Shown: in pieces, positions 1-12,301 of the stretch
How the letters are laid out: each line of letters starts with the position of its first letter
Numbering within the stretch: the stretch's first letter is position 1
Made by a program: the position numbers and the translations under genes
Assembly: GCA_000934665.2 (NCBI GenBank)
Contig: JYFJ02003835.1
Coordinates: 1 to 37,080 of the forward strand
DNA: 37,080 nt
Origin: Catajapyx aquilonaris
Lineage: Eukaryota
Reading direction: 5' to 3'
Notes under the pieces: generated by a model
Seen by the model: the letters and a program-made list of their open reading frames with translations, nothing else
Told to the model about the DNA's origin: nothing
The model's database searches: none

Positions 1-600
1 TGAGCCAGCAAGCCAGTAAATTAGTCCTGAAACTCATAATCCAGTAAGCCATGTTCTGCGTGTACTATCATTTTCGCTCAAAATTCATAATGAGTCAGCA
101 AACAACGATTTTCTGCATTTATTATAATTTCCCCCCTATAAATTCATAATTAGCCAGCAAGCCTGTAAATTCGTCTTAAAAATTTGCAATAAGCCTGCAA
201 GCCAGGATTTTCTGCATTTACTGGCATTCTTCTTAAAAATTCATGAGGCCAACTCAGGATTTTCTGTATTCAGCGCATGCAGGCAAGTACATGACGTCTA
301 TTTACGCTTGAATATCGCCATAATGAGCCAGCAAGCCCGGATTTTATGCATTCACTCGTATGTATAAGCAAGTTCATTTACTCTCAAAACACAATGAGCC
401 AGCTTGCCAGCAAGCCAGAATTTTCTGCATTCACTCGTATGTATTAATGTAAGCAAGCCCATTAATTGACAATGAGCCACGAATCGTGGATTTTCTGGTT
501 TTTACTAACATTCGTACGGTAATGAGGTAACATGCCAGTAAATTAGTCATAAAATTTTATAACGAGCCAGCAACCCCGGATTTTCTGCATTCAGCTCATG
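1..600. repeat. Degenerate AT-rich minisatellite, runs off the left edge
   Basis: Motifs TGAGCCAGCAAGCC, GGATTTTCTGCATT and AAATTCATAAT recur repeatedly (e.g. near 1, 90, 150, 324, 395, 563) with irregular spacing. Confidence 0.8.
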
Positions 601-1491
601 TAAAATTTTCTCGAAACTACATTGTAAGTGTATCTACGAATAAGCTTAACTCTTCGAGCAGGCCACATCCGGATAAAACCTGCTGTCACCCTAATAATAA
701 TGACAATAATGTAATCTATAGCTTAATTCAGAAAGCAATTTACATGATTCCAGCTCTATTGTTGAACAATGGGCGCCAACTTGTTTTGACAACCGAGCTG
801 ATAACATTCACTAGAAATAGACGCAAAAATCCTATGTGTTTGTCCTTGATTAGCCACCGCCGCTTTATCATATCCGTGTCAGATATAGCTGTGGACATGG
901 GCCAAGAACGCGCATTGTCGTATAGTATCACTGCGTAGTACCATATCCCTCGCATACATGGCGGAATTCACACACTTTTCAGGGTACTGGTGGCGCCACC
1001 AGCACCGGACAGACAGAGCCACAAATGCCAATTCTATATCCCTATCAGAGACGCAATTTTGAGGTGATTGCGACTTGGTACGTATCATATGCGTGACATG
1101 TGTGGGACAAAGACATTATTTGAGGCCCTTTACCCCCCGTAGGCTCCGTTGTGTGTTCGAGAGTCTCCCATGCGCATTGCACCCCCTCCCTCCCTCTCTC
1201 TCTCCTCCCCACCTCCAACCAACATAAACATCGCCACGTGACCCCCTCCAGACAAAGGCGCCCGATCCGGTTGCTCCCTAGATCCTTCCCCCGAGTGGAG
1301 CAGGTTCGGGACCAGACTCCAGCTGGGTCGCTCATTTTACAAAAAGAAGGGAGGGAGAGGGAGGGAGAGGGAGCTGCGGGGGATGGAAGGGGGTGGTGAG
1401 GTTGGTGGAGGATGGCAGCAAGTACGCTACAATATAATGTCTCATTACAGTTTCATCGATTGTCTACCCCAGCAACAACTCAGCCGCAACG

Positions 1492-1690
1492 TAATGCACC
1501 TGTTGAAAGGGGCTGACACCCCAGACGCCTTAGTTGCTTATTAGGACCAAACTGGTTGCTGGAGTCAACAATTTTACATATATTATTGACTCCAGCAACC
1601 AGTATATGATCAAGAGCTCTTGGTATGATCCTAAGCAACAATAAGGTGTCTGGGGTCAGCCCCTTTCAACAGCCCAACAGGTGCATATTA
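1492..1690. mobile_element. Foldback / MITE-like inverted repeat
   Basis: The left arm (TGCACCTGTTGAAAGGGGCTGACACCCCAGAC...ACTGGTTGCTGGAGTCAA) is the reverse complement, with indels, of the right arm (TTGACTCCAGCAACCAGT...GTCTGGGGTCAGCCCCTTTCAACAG...CAGGTGCA). Short AT-rich spacer near 1570-1586; no coding capacity. Confidence 0.7.
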
Positions 1691-2034
1691 ACAGGGGCTG
1701 GGTTAAATGCAAATAACTATTAAAGCAACGTGCTTTTTGAGACATTGTAACTATTAGAAGTAGCGGCTTATTAGCATGATGATAGCTGTTAAAATTAACT
1801 GTTTAGTCAACCCATTATAACTATTAAAAGAAACTGCAAATAACCAACACTATATAACTGCTAAAGAGTAACGTAAAGTAAGCAATAATTGCTAAGAAAC
1901 ATTACAACTCAAAATGAACTGTTTAGTTAACCCATATTATAAATTCTGTTAAATTAACTGTCAAAAAGTTGTCTAATCCATTCCCGTCTGAACGTGTCTA
2001 ATCCCGTTTATTCAGACTACGGGAACATTACTGT

Positions 2035-2455
2035 GGATACATTTTTGGACACGTTCAGAGTGGAATGGACTGGACAACTTTTGGAGACGTTCAGACGGGA
2101 ATGGACTGGACGACTTTTGGACACGTTCAGACGGGAATGGACTAGACGACTTTTGGACACGTTCAGAGTGGAATGGACTGGACAACTTTTGGACACGTTC
2201 AGACGGGAATGGACTGGACAACTTTTGGACACGTTCAGAGTGGAATGGACAGGACAACTTTTGGAGACGTTCAGACGNATGGATAGGACAACTTTTGGAC
2301 ACGTTCAGACGGGAATGGACTGGACAACTTTTGGACACGTTCAGAGTGGAATGGACTAGACAACTTTTGGACACGTTCAGACGGGAATGCTTTTGGACAC
2401 GTTCAGAGCAGAACGGATAGGACACCTTTTGAGCACGGACTGGACACGTTCAGAC
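2035..2455 (+). repeat. 36-bp tandem minisatellite, about 10-11 copies
   Basis: Unit GGACAACTTTTGGACACGTTCAGA(CG/GT)GGAATGGACT starts at about 2035, 2072, 2108, 2144, 2180, 2216, 2252, 2286, 2322 and 2358. An N at 2278 means the copy number may be collapsed. Confidence 0.95.
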
Positions 2456-2959
2456 CGGTCTGAACGTGTCCAGTTCGTTCCCCTCTGCGCTCGTCTGCTC
2501 GTCCCCATCTTTCTCTCTCTATCTATTCCCGGAGGATAGTAATCCCAACGACCTGCTGCCATCGATAGAGCGGCCATGGTGTGCAACTGCGACTCGAAGC
2601 ATGCGCACACCGCACCTTCCCCTCCTGCTACCCTCCCCTTTCCCTATACCTGCAAAATACCCAAAACAGAAACAACAGTCTCCAACGACCAGACACGGGA
2701 ACAGGAACACACATCGGGCATTGTTGGGAGGGAGAGAGAGAGAAGGAGGAGGAGGAGGAGAATTTATTCTTATTTACCACACCTTTTTGGAGTTGGTGGC
2801 AGGCATCGAGACACACACACACAGAGAGGCAGAACCAGCTGGCCTGATGAGAGTCTCTGGGCAGACCAGGGGCCGCCCTTGGGTGAGTCAATATATAAAG
2901 GTGGTGGTCAGGGGGGAAAGGTCACTGGGGCATACCAAGTCACTCCGGAATGTACTCGC

Positions 2960-3372
2960 AACATACAATGCGATTGAAGTATATGTACTGGCAGTTACGG
3001 AGAATGGTCAGGTCATGTCAGGTCATGCCATATGCATACATGGGTCAGCACTAGAGGTCACCCCGGAATGTGAGCTGCATTGAAGAACAAAGAAACAGTT
3101 GGCAATAATGCGATAGATGGACTGGCTGGTGCAGTTCCAGATTAGTGTCAGGTCATGTCAGGTCACTTGTGAGTGCCAATGGTGGTACAGGTCTGCTTCG
3201 GTTCCTTCCTAATCAAACAAAACTTGAGACCAAACAAAGAAACAGCTGCAATAATGCGATTGAAGTATGCACTGGCTGCTGTTTCGGGGAGGTCATGCCA
3301 GGTCACTTCATGTAACAATGGTGGTACTGAAGCCTAACAAACAAGCGCAATAATGCGACAGAAGTATGCACT
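2960..3372. repeat. Degenerate tandem repeat, 3-4 copies of about 100-145 bp
   Basis: The block AAACAAAGAAACAG..GCAATAATGCGATTGAAGTATG..ACTGGC...GGTCATGTCAGGTCAC...CAATGGTGGTAC recurs near 2965, 3086, 3232 and 3337. Confidence 0.7.
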
Positions 3373-3909
3373 TTACGTGTCATGTCGCACTTGTTTCATG
3401 TTGCTACGGAACAATGATCAGTGTTCCACTATTGGGCGTACTCGCACTTGACGCTCAGTGCTGCGATGTATCGTTTAATGATAAATTACAATAGGTCGGT
3501 ATTTCGGGTTGAGGTGGTAAACACAGCGTAGTGGTACTGAAAAATATGTACTCGCATGCAAGAGCACTTTGTGCATTAAGTAGAGCTTGCAAGTACAGGC
3601 TTCCATTACAAATGCGGTGTGTCGGATCGGGCTAGTGCACTGCGAAATATTGGACTCTGCCGTTCTGCAAATACTCTCAAGGAACGGCAGGGAAGGTGCC
3701 CAAGGACATTATGACTAGTAGGCTCAATGCTGGTTTAGGTATGGTAGCGATGGAAGTGTGATTGGGAGTTTAGCCAGGTTTTTGACTGGGACGTATGTAC
3801 AGGTAAAGCGAAATGTTGGTTACGTATCGTACAAGCACATGGTTACTTGTACAAGCGTACATACTTGTACATACTCGTACAAGCTCAATGTTGGGTACAT
3901 ACTTGTACG

Positions 3910-3965
3910 TAGCCAACATTGTGCTCATGCGAGTACATAGCCAACATTGTGCTCATGCGAGTACA
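3910..3965. repeat. Perfect 28-bp tandem duplication
   Basis: TAGCCAACATTGTGCTCATGCGAGTACA at 3910-3937 and 3938-3965. Confidence 0.9.
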
Positions 3966-6900
3966 TAACCAGCATATGCCGACACTGAGAAGACAGTAGG
4001 CGGAATAGTCATTTAAATTAAGACAATATCTGTAACATTATGGCTCGTACTGTATCGACATGTCTTCTTATAAGTAGCCTACAGCGTTGTCATTGTTGCT
4101 AATACTTATCATGCAGATTCGGCTGTAATTCTTGGCCAATGAGGCAGTGCATTCTCAGATTGACATTGCCCAACAATATTTGCCACACTGCACTTCCCTT
4201 TCACTCCTGTCAGAATGAGTTAGTGAAAGGGGACGTGCACAATGAAAAATTGCTGGGTGCAATAATTAGATTGTAAATTGCAATGGCCAAAAGGGCTCTG
4301 CCGCCAACTGACGAAAATGGTCTTGTCCGCAAAATTGTTGCAACGGTGCGACATAATTGTTGTCATGTTGTTGCACGTGAGAGACAATGTTTGGCAAGTG
4401 CCCGACCTTGTCCGCCTGTTTTTTTGTGTGTGTTTATGTTGTGGTCAGGAACAAGTCCGTCGCATTGTTAGAGAGGCTGGCTTGCTCCTAATCTGCATAA
4501 CATATGCTGTTCATGCTCTCTCTCCGCACCAACTCGTCAGCCCCTAAGTGACACTAACAGACCCACTTTGGAAGGTCAGTGACCAACCCACGCCAAGTGT
4601 CATAAAAAGAGAATTGGGGCAGCAGGCCTCTTTTCCTGTTGGGAACTTTGGGCTTATTATTACGAACAAACTTGGATGGGACATGGCTACATTCAAAATC
4701 AAAAAGGGAGCGTTTTTGTGTAATTCATGTGAGCAGTACACTGCTTGGTACCTGACGTCATTCCGATGCACAAAGTCCACCCGTGAATAATGAAACCGAA
4801 GCGTTTCAACATGGGCTTTGGCCATGTCGAGGGTTAAGCTAAGGTTAAGGGCTACGTTGTAATTGAACATGTATTTGCAATGCACTGCTTATTTTTAACT
4901 CTTAAAATTGTTTTCACTTGCTATAGGGACCTCCGAGTGGAATAAGTAGCATCAGGAATAGCTGCAATTTGAGCCGTCAACCCCGTGACTTTTGAATAGT
5001 TGTACATCCACAGCATGTACAGCACATGCTCTTTACATAGCAAGGTGTTCATTTATTGACCGGTACAAGTTGACTTAAGAAACTTGTGTCATCGTTGCCA
5101 TGACGGCCAGGGTGGGTCGTCGACACTGTCGCTGTGTACATTGCAAGTGGGCGGTGATGTTCTAGAGGGAAGGGTGACAGTCCGTATATTGAAATTTACT
5201 GTGGCATGAGTAATTGCTAATTTTGTGTAGAGCCGGTGTTATTGCTTGTACACCAAGGTTGGGAAACTTATAACACTTTCCCTTTTTTCTAAGCTCCATC
5301 ATGGCAGGTTTTCATGCGGCCACAGCCAGTGGTCATCGAGGATGAAAGGTAGCTGCGTTGACCACCAGCCACGGTCCGTAGAGCGCAGGATATTCCAGGA
5401 AAGCTTAACTCCAAACTTAATAACGCTTATTAGCAGCCTGGCCTTGACCCAACCCTCTGGCCAATCCTTTGATCAATTTTAAACGCTCCCTGAATTTTAT
5501 TTGCTGGGTCGCCCCAGCTATATTAGCCTGTGTTTACAATCCGGACTAGGAAGCACTTGAGAGCGCTAGAGATAAACCCATCTTATCCGTGCCGATAGAG
5601 GTCACTTCTGGATTGGCCAATTTGATTCCGAACCCCCCCCCCCCCCCCCCCCCCCNCCCCCCCAGCCAATATTTATGATCAGCCTGGAGCGGCTGGAAAT
5701 AGAAGGTATCTGACTTTTTTTTATCATGTGGGATTAAGGCGTGGTAAACTGCCTGTAGGGGCAGGGTGTGACCAGGTCGTCATGGTCAGCATAAGATTGG
5801 GCCATATCAGTTTTGGTAGTCTGAATTTAGGGTTTGCGGCCCTGCCAGGTTTTGGCCTTCCTCTAATATTAGCCGTGGCATCCTCAGGGCAAGAGCCTGC
5901 AGTGGCCTTCGATGTTGCTATGTTTCCACTTCACATAGTTCATTAACATGGAGGCTCCTTTATAGAAGTTGGCCATTTTTGGTCCATCTATCCAACGCCA
6001 TGTTTTGGTCCAAGGTGCACCTTTTTGGAGCTTCCTGATTAATAATCTTTTGAACGTGGGCTCAGGGCCAATGAAACTCTGGTTTTGTTGTGCGTAGTTG
6101 CCGTGTTTTGATGGCAGGACTCAGCTGATATTATGCCAGGAGTCAAGGCTACAAGGAACTGCACTCGATTAGCGACCAATAGGTCGGTGGAAATCCGGAG
6201 TTTCCAGCTCAGCAGCGACTCCAAACGGATGGTCGGGGAACTCGCCCGGAGATTCAAAAATGGCTGGGATCGTGTCATATGAAGCTGGTTTATTTAACGG
6301 GCTATCCGTTTCTATGACAATCCCGATAGACTCTAGACCCTTCAGGGACAAGTGTGGGTAGACCTTTGTTAGTTTGGCGGACCTAAAAAAAAATCCTTGG
6401 GAAAAGGAACAAAGAACTGTGACAAGAGGTCGTGGCTAGTTTAAGTACTGTTAAAAAAAAAACTTAAGTGTAATTCTGGTACAAAAGTGAGTCATAGGAC
6501 GGGAAATGGGAGGGTATCGTTTGATATACCTAAGGGCAATGGCTGGCTGTGTGTGGATGACCTGTGGCGGTTGGATGGTTGGTGGGGTGGATGACCAAGT
6601 GAGTCAGACGACCTTAGAAATTTTGCGCGCACTAGACAATATATGCGCAATTTTTATGCAGCACCCTGTGCTGATGACCCCACCTCCCGACAAAATGGCG
6701 AAATTGACCCATTTGGACAACGGTCGATATAGTTGCGTAACGTTTTCGGCGTAGCAGACAAATTAATTTGCAAGTGTTGTGGGGGAACAAAGGTTATGCA
6801 AATGATTTCATTGGAGAGGAAATGGCTCACCTGTCGTATGCTAAATTATTATTTGGACACCATGGATCGTCTGGGCTGGTTTTGTCAGGAGACCAAGAAT

Positions 6901-6995
6901 GTACACACCTGCAGGCTAAGTTGGGGCTGAGGGAACCGTGCTGTCTGGGCTAGACGCTGGGAATTTACGCGCTCGCTGCGTAGGATGCGTAATTA

Positions 6996-7219
6996 TGCCG
7001 TCAGATATGAGAAGACCGTAACTCAATGTCCACTTCCCCTTGCGGCGAGAAAAAAAAGCAGTGGTCCCGAAGGCACCCAACAGGTGGAGTTGGGGTGCCG
7101 TTCCTTCCCCCCCCNCTTCTCCCAACGCCACCTCTTGGATGCTTTCGGTAACACTTGCTTTCTTTTCTCGCCGCAAGGGAAGTGGACAATGAGTTACGGT
7201 CCTCTTACATCTGACGGCA
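6996..7219. mobile_element. MITE-like element with ~100-bp terminal inverted repeats
   Basis: 6996-7096 (TGCCGTCAGATATGAGAAGACCGTAACTCAATGTCCACTTCCCCTTGCGGCGAGAAAA...) is the imperfect reverse complement of 7120-7219. The C-rich spacer contains an N. Confidence 0.8.
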
Positions 7220-7229
7220 GAACTGTGCG

Positions 7230-8085
7230 CTTCTGAGATAAGCGACAACTTGACAAGCTGTTAGCTCCGAAAGGAAGCCGAAATTGCCGAAATTAACTAG
7301 AGTAAAATCGGTTTAGAAGTACGTGATTAGCATTTTTGCCGCAGGATGCGCTCGCTGCGTATAATGCGCTCGCTGCGCTGGGAAGATAAGCGACAACTTG
7401 ACGAGCTGTTAGCTCTGAAAGGAAGTCGAAATTGCCGAAATTAACTAGAGTAAAATGGGCCTTGAAATTCGTGATTAGCATGTTATCGCACGATGCGCTC
7501 GCTGCGCTGGGGAGATACGCAACAATTTGACAAGCTGTTAGCTCGGAAACGAAGCCGAAATTGTCAAAAATTAACTAGAGTTAAATCCGGTAATATCGGC
7601 GTAGAAATGCGTGATTACCATTTTACTAGGCACCAACTTGCCTAATTGGCAAAATATTAGGCGAAAGTGCGGAGAGAGAGAGAGACCCAGGCAGCAGCAT
7701 CGAAGCGATATCCGACGGTGAAGTGCAGAAGCGAGTCGCCACCCAGGAGGTGGCGCCCGGAACGGCGGAAATGGGAATTCCGTGTAACTGCGGTCGGCCT
7801 TTTGTGTGTGCGGTTTTAGAGTTTTTACAAAGTCCCTAGGCGCCGTTTCCAAAAAAAAACAAAGGTGGTTTACAAATATAGAAAACACGGGCAAAATTTT
7901 GACACCACTCTCAAAGCTGTAGGCCGTACGGTGTGGCAGTAGTTTTCATGTCAGTCAGGCACGATGCGCTCGCTGCGCTGGGAAGATAAGCGACAACTTG
8001 ACAACCTGTTAGCACCGAAACGAAACGGGCAAATTTAACTAGAGTAAAAATGGGCTTATAAATTCGTGATTAGCATTTTACCACG
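7230..8085. repeat. ~130-150-bp repeat: three tandem copies plus one displaced copy
   Basis: The anchor GATAAGCGACAACTTGAC...AATTAACTAGAGTAAAAT...GTGATTAGCAT...GATGCGCTCGCTGCG occurs at 7237, 7385, 7514 and 7985. Confidence 0.9.
7660..7800 (+). promoter_or_regulatory. Possible promoter or first exon of the YPEL gene
   Basis: A GA dinucleotide run followed by a CpG-rich unique stretch, upstream of the candidate UTR exons. No clear splice donor was identified; position and composition only. Confidence 0.25.
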
Positions 8086-8999
8086 CAGTTGCACTACCCC
8101 TTGCGTGACCGTCAGCACTTAGGCAAGGTGATTTTTTTTTTCACCCGGTTTTAAAAAGGTAGATGCCCCTGTACTTGCGACTTGGGGTATGTAGTTGCGT
8201 GTTGTGTTTTTCTTATCAGTTGTTTACGATACCCAGGTCTCGTTTGAGGAGGGGGGTGAAACATGTGTCTGCAACGATTCAGCGCAATAACAAGTACAAT
8301 TGAATATTGGATGAATAAGGAGATTCCAGGAAAGGCAGGGTGTTACCAGGAAGTTTCTGGTTGGTGGTTTGGGAGGGGGGTGTGTGTGTTTCTCCTCTTC
8401 CCAGCTGCTGACCTTCATAGGCCAAACTACTTGTCGGATCAATAAAGCAAGGTCGCCTTCGTTTCGCTGCCAACATTTTCGAGGGAGGGACTGTAGGGTG
8501 GGGTGGGTGGGTCGGGGTGGAGGTAGAAAAACACTGCGACAGCGCCATGGTGCTTGGGAAGATCTGTGCTGGACTGGTGATTGTTGGGGATGGCTGGAGA
8601 TGTGCTTGACGTCGGAGTTTTGTCGTGACGCGATATCGACGAGTGCGGGTGTGACGTCAGGGAAACATGACAACCGCGGTGCATGGCAGCACGGATGAGT
8701 GTGGTCAGTGACAACAACATTGGTATAGAAAGAAAAGTGGAGGGAGAGGGGGGTACAGGTCTAAAGTAGACCAAGTCGATATTCAAACATCGGTAGTCAA
8801 TACGGGAGGTTGTGACGCAGATTGTCGCAAGATCAGTGTGTACGTAGCTGGAGTTTATTAATTTTTTAGATGAAATAATGTGCCTACCAGCCTGGGCAGC
8901 GTAACAGGCGTGAATGACGTCATTCTGGGGGTGGGGGGAGAGTGTGACAGACCCTGACATGGGTTGGGGGAGTCTGGCCGAGAATGATGAGGGGAAAAC

Positions 9000-9590
9000 A
9001 GTAAATAAAACAATAATATTATTAAAATATTTATTCATTTTTTTTACATATTCTACTACATCTTATTTTTTTTCTTATTTTACATATTCTGTTTTATTGT
9101 ATACATTGAATTTTAAATGCCATATTTTCCTTGTCAGATTTTATTGTCTTATTTTAAAATTACCAAGTATTATTTACATTTTATTGAAATTAATGTCATT
9201 TTATTTATGTTTATATTTATTTTCGTTTTATGTAGTCAGTTTTTTTATATCATGCGATATTTATAAAATTTTATTTTTTTATTTAATTTATACCAAATAT
9301 TTTCTATAATTTTTATATTTTAATACAGCCTACCATTTTATTTTTATATGACATTATATTTTACATATTTATTTACATAATTCATTTTGACACGTCATTA
9401 TTTTATATTGTATATGCTACCCTGTAATAAATATATCTGCCGACCTGTATATGCACTGCATTTGTGGCAAAGTAAATAAATAGTGTAAATCATTTTAGTA
9501 TGGCCCTAGTAAAATTAAATAAAAAAATGAAGTCTAATAATAAATAAAAATCATAAATAAATAAACATGAATAAATGAATAAAATTATTG
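9000..9590. repeat. Extremely AT-rich low-complexity tract
   Basis: Almost pure A/T; T-skewed to about 9410, then A-skewed. Confidence 0.85.
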
Positions 9591-10159
9591 GTGGATTTGG
9601 GAATATTCTGGAGTGACCCTGTGGTTGTTGATGGCCTGGTGAAGATGCTGCGGGATGGCCATCAACCATCTTGGTGCGAATAAATCTTAGGGCGAGCGAG
9701 GCCTGTCTGTTTTTGGCCAATAAATCTGTGCTGGGAAGATTGGGGAGGGGGCCAACGACCCAGCCTGAGAGTAAGGGTGTACAGTTAGGATGTGTAGGTT
9801 GGTTATAAGGTGCTGGGTGGTGGGGGAGCAGGGGAGGGATGGTTTGGGCCAAGGCGCATAACGGTGAAAAATGGTAACAACGAGATTAATCCTGAAAATG
9901 AGGGCGTCCGATTGTTTTCTGGGACTTCCTTCTCCTTGCAAAACAGGATGGGAAAGTTCTATTCCAGTTCGGCTTCTTTTTTTTTTTTTTAAGCTATTGT
10001 GCTAGGTTTTTAACGAAATCTTTGTAGCTTTGAGGTCTAGTACAATGATGTATGGAAAATTGGTGAACGGCTCGAAATGTATGCAAATGCCTGCCCAGCA
10101 GCTGAACCACTCTCACTACTTCACTTGAAATGATTGGTTTTTTTTTTCTTCGTTTGCAG

Positions 10160-10233
10160 GATTGACGGTTGCTGAGGCGTTTTTGGCCAGGGAGGCACGG
10201 CGCAGCTGGAACCCCCAGTTCCAGGGGTATAAT
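10160..10233 (+). other. Probable non-coding 5' UTR exon of YPEL
   Basis: GC-rich 74 nt bounded by a strong acceptor (T-run, CTTCGTTTGCAG ending 10159) and a consensus donor GTGAGT at 10234. Confidence 0.6.
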
Positions 10234-12301
10234 GTGAGTCGATCACCTGTTATTATCAGTCCTTGTACAAAACTCTTAGTTACCACCTGATGCATGTTGC
10301 CTAGGATAACGCAGGAGTTGGGAGGGGGATAAGGCTAATGCCCTTGGGGGTATTTGTGTTGGTAAATAAATATTAGCCAACAAGATGGCAGCATGAGGCT
10401 TATCTGCAATGGGGAGATAACAGTAACTAGCTTGATTTACACTCATGAATATTGCCTGCATGGAAAGTTCTTTGTGTAAGATATGTGCAGTTATTCCTGC
10501 GAGATGTAATTTAAAATGGACTTCCTGCCACCAGGTGACAGGTTTGTGTTAATTTGATCTAACCTTGCAATGCTAGTCCGCAGCATTAAAAGTGAAACTG
10601 CCATGCCGACCAGAATTCCTTTCAAGTACGTTTTATGTCTGTTGCAGCTGCATTGTTGACCCAACTACAGTGTCGCAAATAGCCTGTTAAAGTGGCATGG
10701 TAGCGCATAGTGCAGTAAGGAGGAAATAGTATTAGTGACATCCTCTGTCTAACCAGACTAAATTTCTCGTGACAACAACACTGGCCGATCCAGTTCCCAG
10801 CGTGGTGACTAGTGTAGGACTGTGCCATCGGCCTGGAAAGGACCAGTGCGATGGCCCAAAATAGGCAAAATAAGCCCTTCAGCCGTTATTAGGGCAAGTG
10901 GCTGCAACAGATTATGAGTCACCCCACTCGCTAATTACAATAATTATTTTGTTTGCCAGTGCTTCGCAGACCTGAACTTTGCCTCTTGACGGAGGAGACA
11001 CAAGTTTTGCTTGCCCCAGGGCCACTTAGCATCAACCACAAAAAATGGCGGAAAGGAAATGCTGGAAAACCCCTGCCTAACTCTTATTAAGGCTGAGTGG
11101 GCTTGAATTAATTCAGGCTCATCTGATCAGTATTGATCCTGCAGTGGAAAGGCCATTGAGAAATCCTGTTGCCCCCTACCCGTTCCAAGCAAGCTGTCGA
11201 GTTTAAAAAAAAATTGTTTTTTTAGCAGTGCACCAGATGGTTCGATCTGTGGTAACTGAAATTGAGTTTTAAATTGGGAATTGCTGTCCTCGTGCGGACA
11301 TGTGCAAGGGGTGTGCACCAGTAGTCGCTTGGCGGAAGCGAATGGAAAATTGGTGCAAGGACGGGCTACAAGTACATCATGAGCAGGGGTGTCAAAGGTC
11401 GAGGTGAGAGATAATGAGAGACAGAAAAAGAACCCTGCTGTCTGAACCCACCCCCAGGGACCATTCTTGTATGGGCTGCCAATCAGATGAGTTGTGTAAT
11501 TATCTGATGTAATGATGCATAATGCATATTAGAGTGAGGGTGAAGGTCAGGGTGTGGGGAAAAGGAGGGAAGACAATGCGGCATGTTGTGGCCAAATCCA
11601 GCAAAGCGTGTAATGAACCAGGGAAACGTGTTTAGTCCAGTGTTTAGGGTAGACCTTGGACGAGGAGGGAATGAAGGATTCCGACGGTGGCGAAGCAGCA
11701 GAATTTATTGAACATCTTGAGGTTTACTTGGGCAGTTACATTATGCGTGTAGAATACGCACAGTTTGTGTATGTCATATGGTGCAGCAGGCATTATCACT
11801 TCCGAAGAGTGTAGCAATTTATCAAGTGCAACAACCTCGGATATATTGCAATGGCAATTGCAATATTATCATAGGCGGCAGTGTCACTTGGGGTCCATAA
11901 TTTTGATACTTTTGGCCAACCAGATTCCGTTTGTGCTAGTGTTAATCCGAGATAAAAGCCGTGTCAGGTCAGACTGATAAACATGGCGGTTAGTGATTGC
12001 GGCTAATTATATAGGAGGTTCTCACCGTATATGCGGATGACTTTTACAGGTCATTCCCAATCACCAGTGGTTGTCAATATTTGTGACTGACGGTTCACAT
12101 GAGGTCATGGAGTCGATGACAGGGAATTGTGGGATCAGAGATAAGCAGGGAGATACATCATAATTACTCATTATACCATTATGCTGTGGCAGTCTCCCTT
12201 CAACAGCCAGTGATATCGTAGGTCAGGCTGCAGGAGGCAGGCTCCTATTTATGGAAGGACTCGTTGGGTTCGTACTTAACTTTTGCTTTTCCTCGTTGCA
12301 G

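Noticed and set aside
2035..2455. CRISPR-like 36-bp repeats and the 121-aa and 137-aa repeat ORFs
   Set aside because: The units are head-to-tail with no unique spacers and no cas genes, in a eukaryotic context. The ORFs arise because the unit is a stop-free multiple of three.
2466..3083. 205-aa ORF
   Set aside because: It runs through GA, GGA and CA simple repeats, has a non-ATG start and shows no recognisable domain.
5633..5663. Long poly-C run (G-quadruplex candidate)
   Set aside because: It contains an N, so its length is probably an assembly or sequencing artefact.
5400..6390. Coding-looking minus-strand stretch
   Set aside because: Several stops in the frames examined and no motif I could assign; needs BLASTX.
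8652..8925. Two TGACGTCA CRE-like sites, one inside the palindrome GAATGACGTCATTC
   Set aside because: Short motifs without a mapped transcription start; function cannot be supported.
8914..9309. 131-aa hydrophobic ORF
   Set aside because: A by-product of T-rich low-complexity DNA (F/L/I/Y codons).
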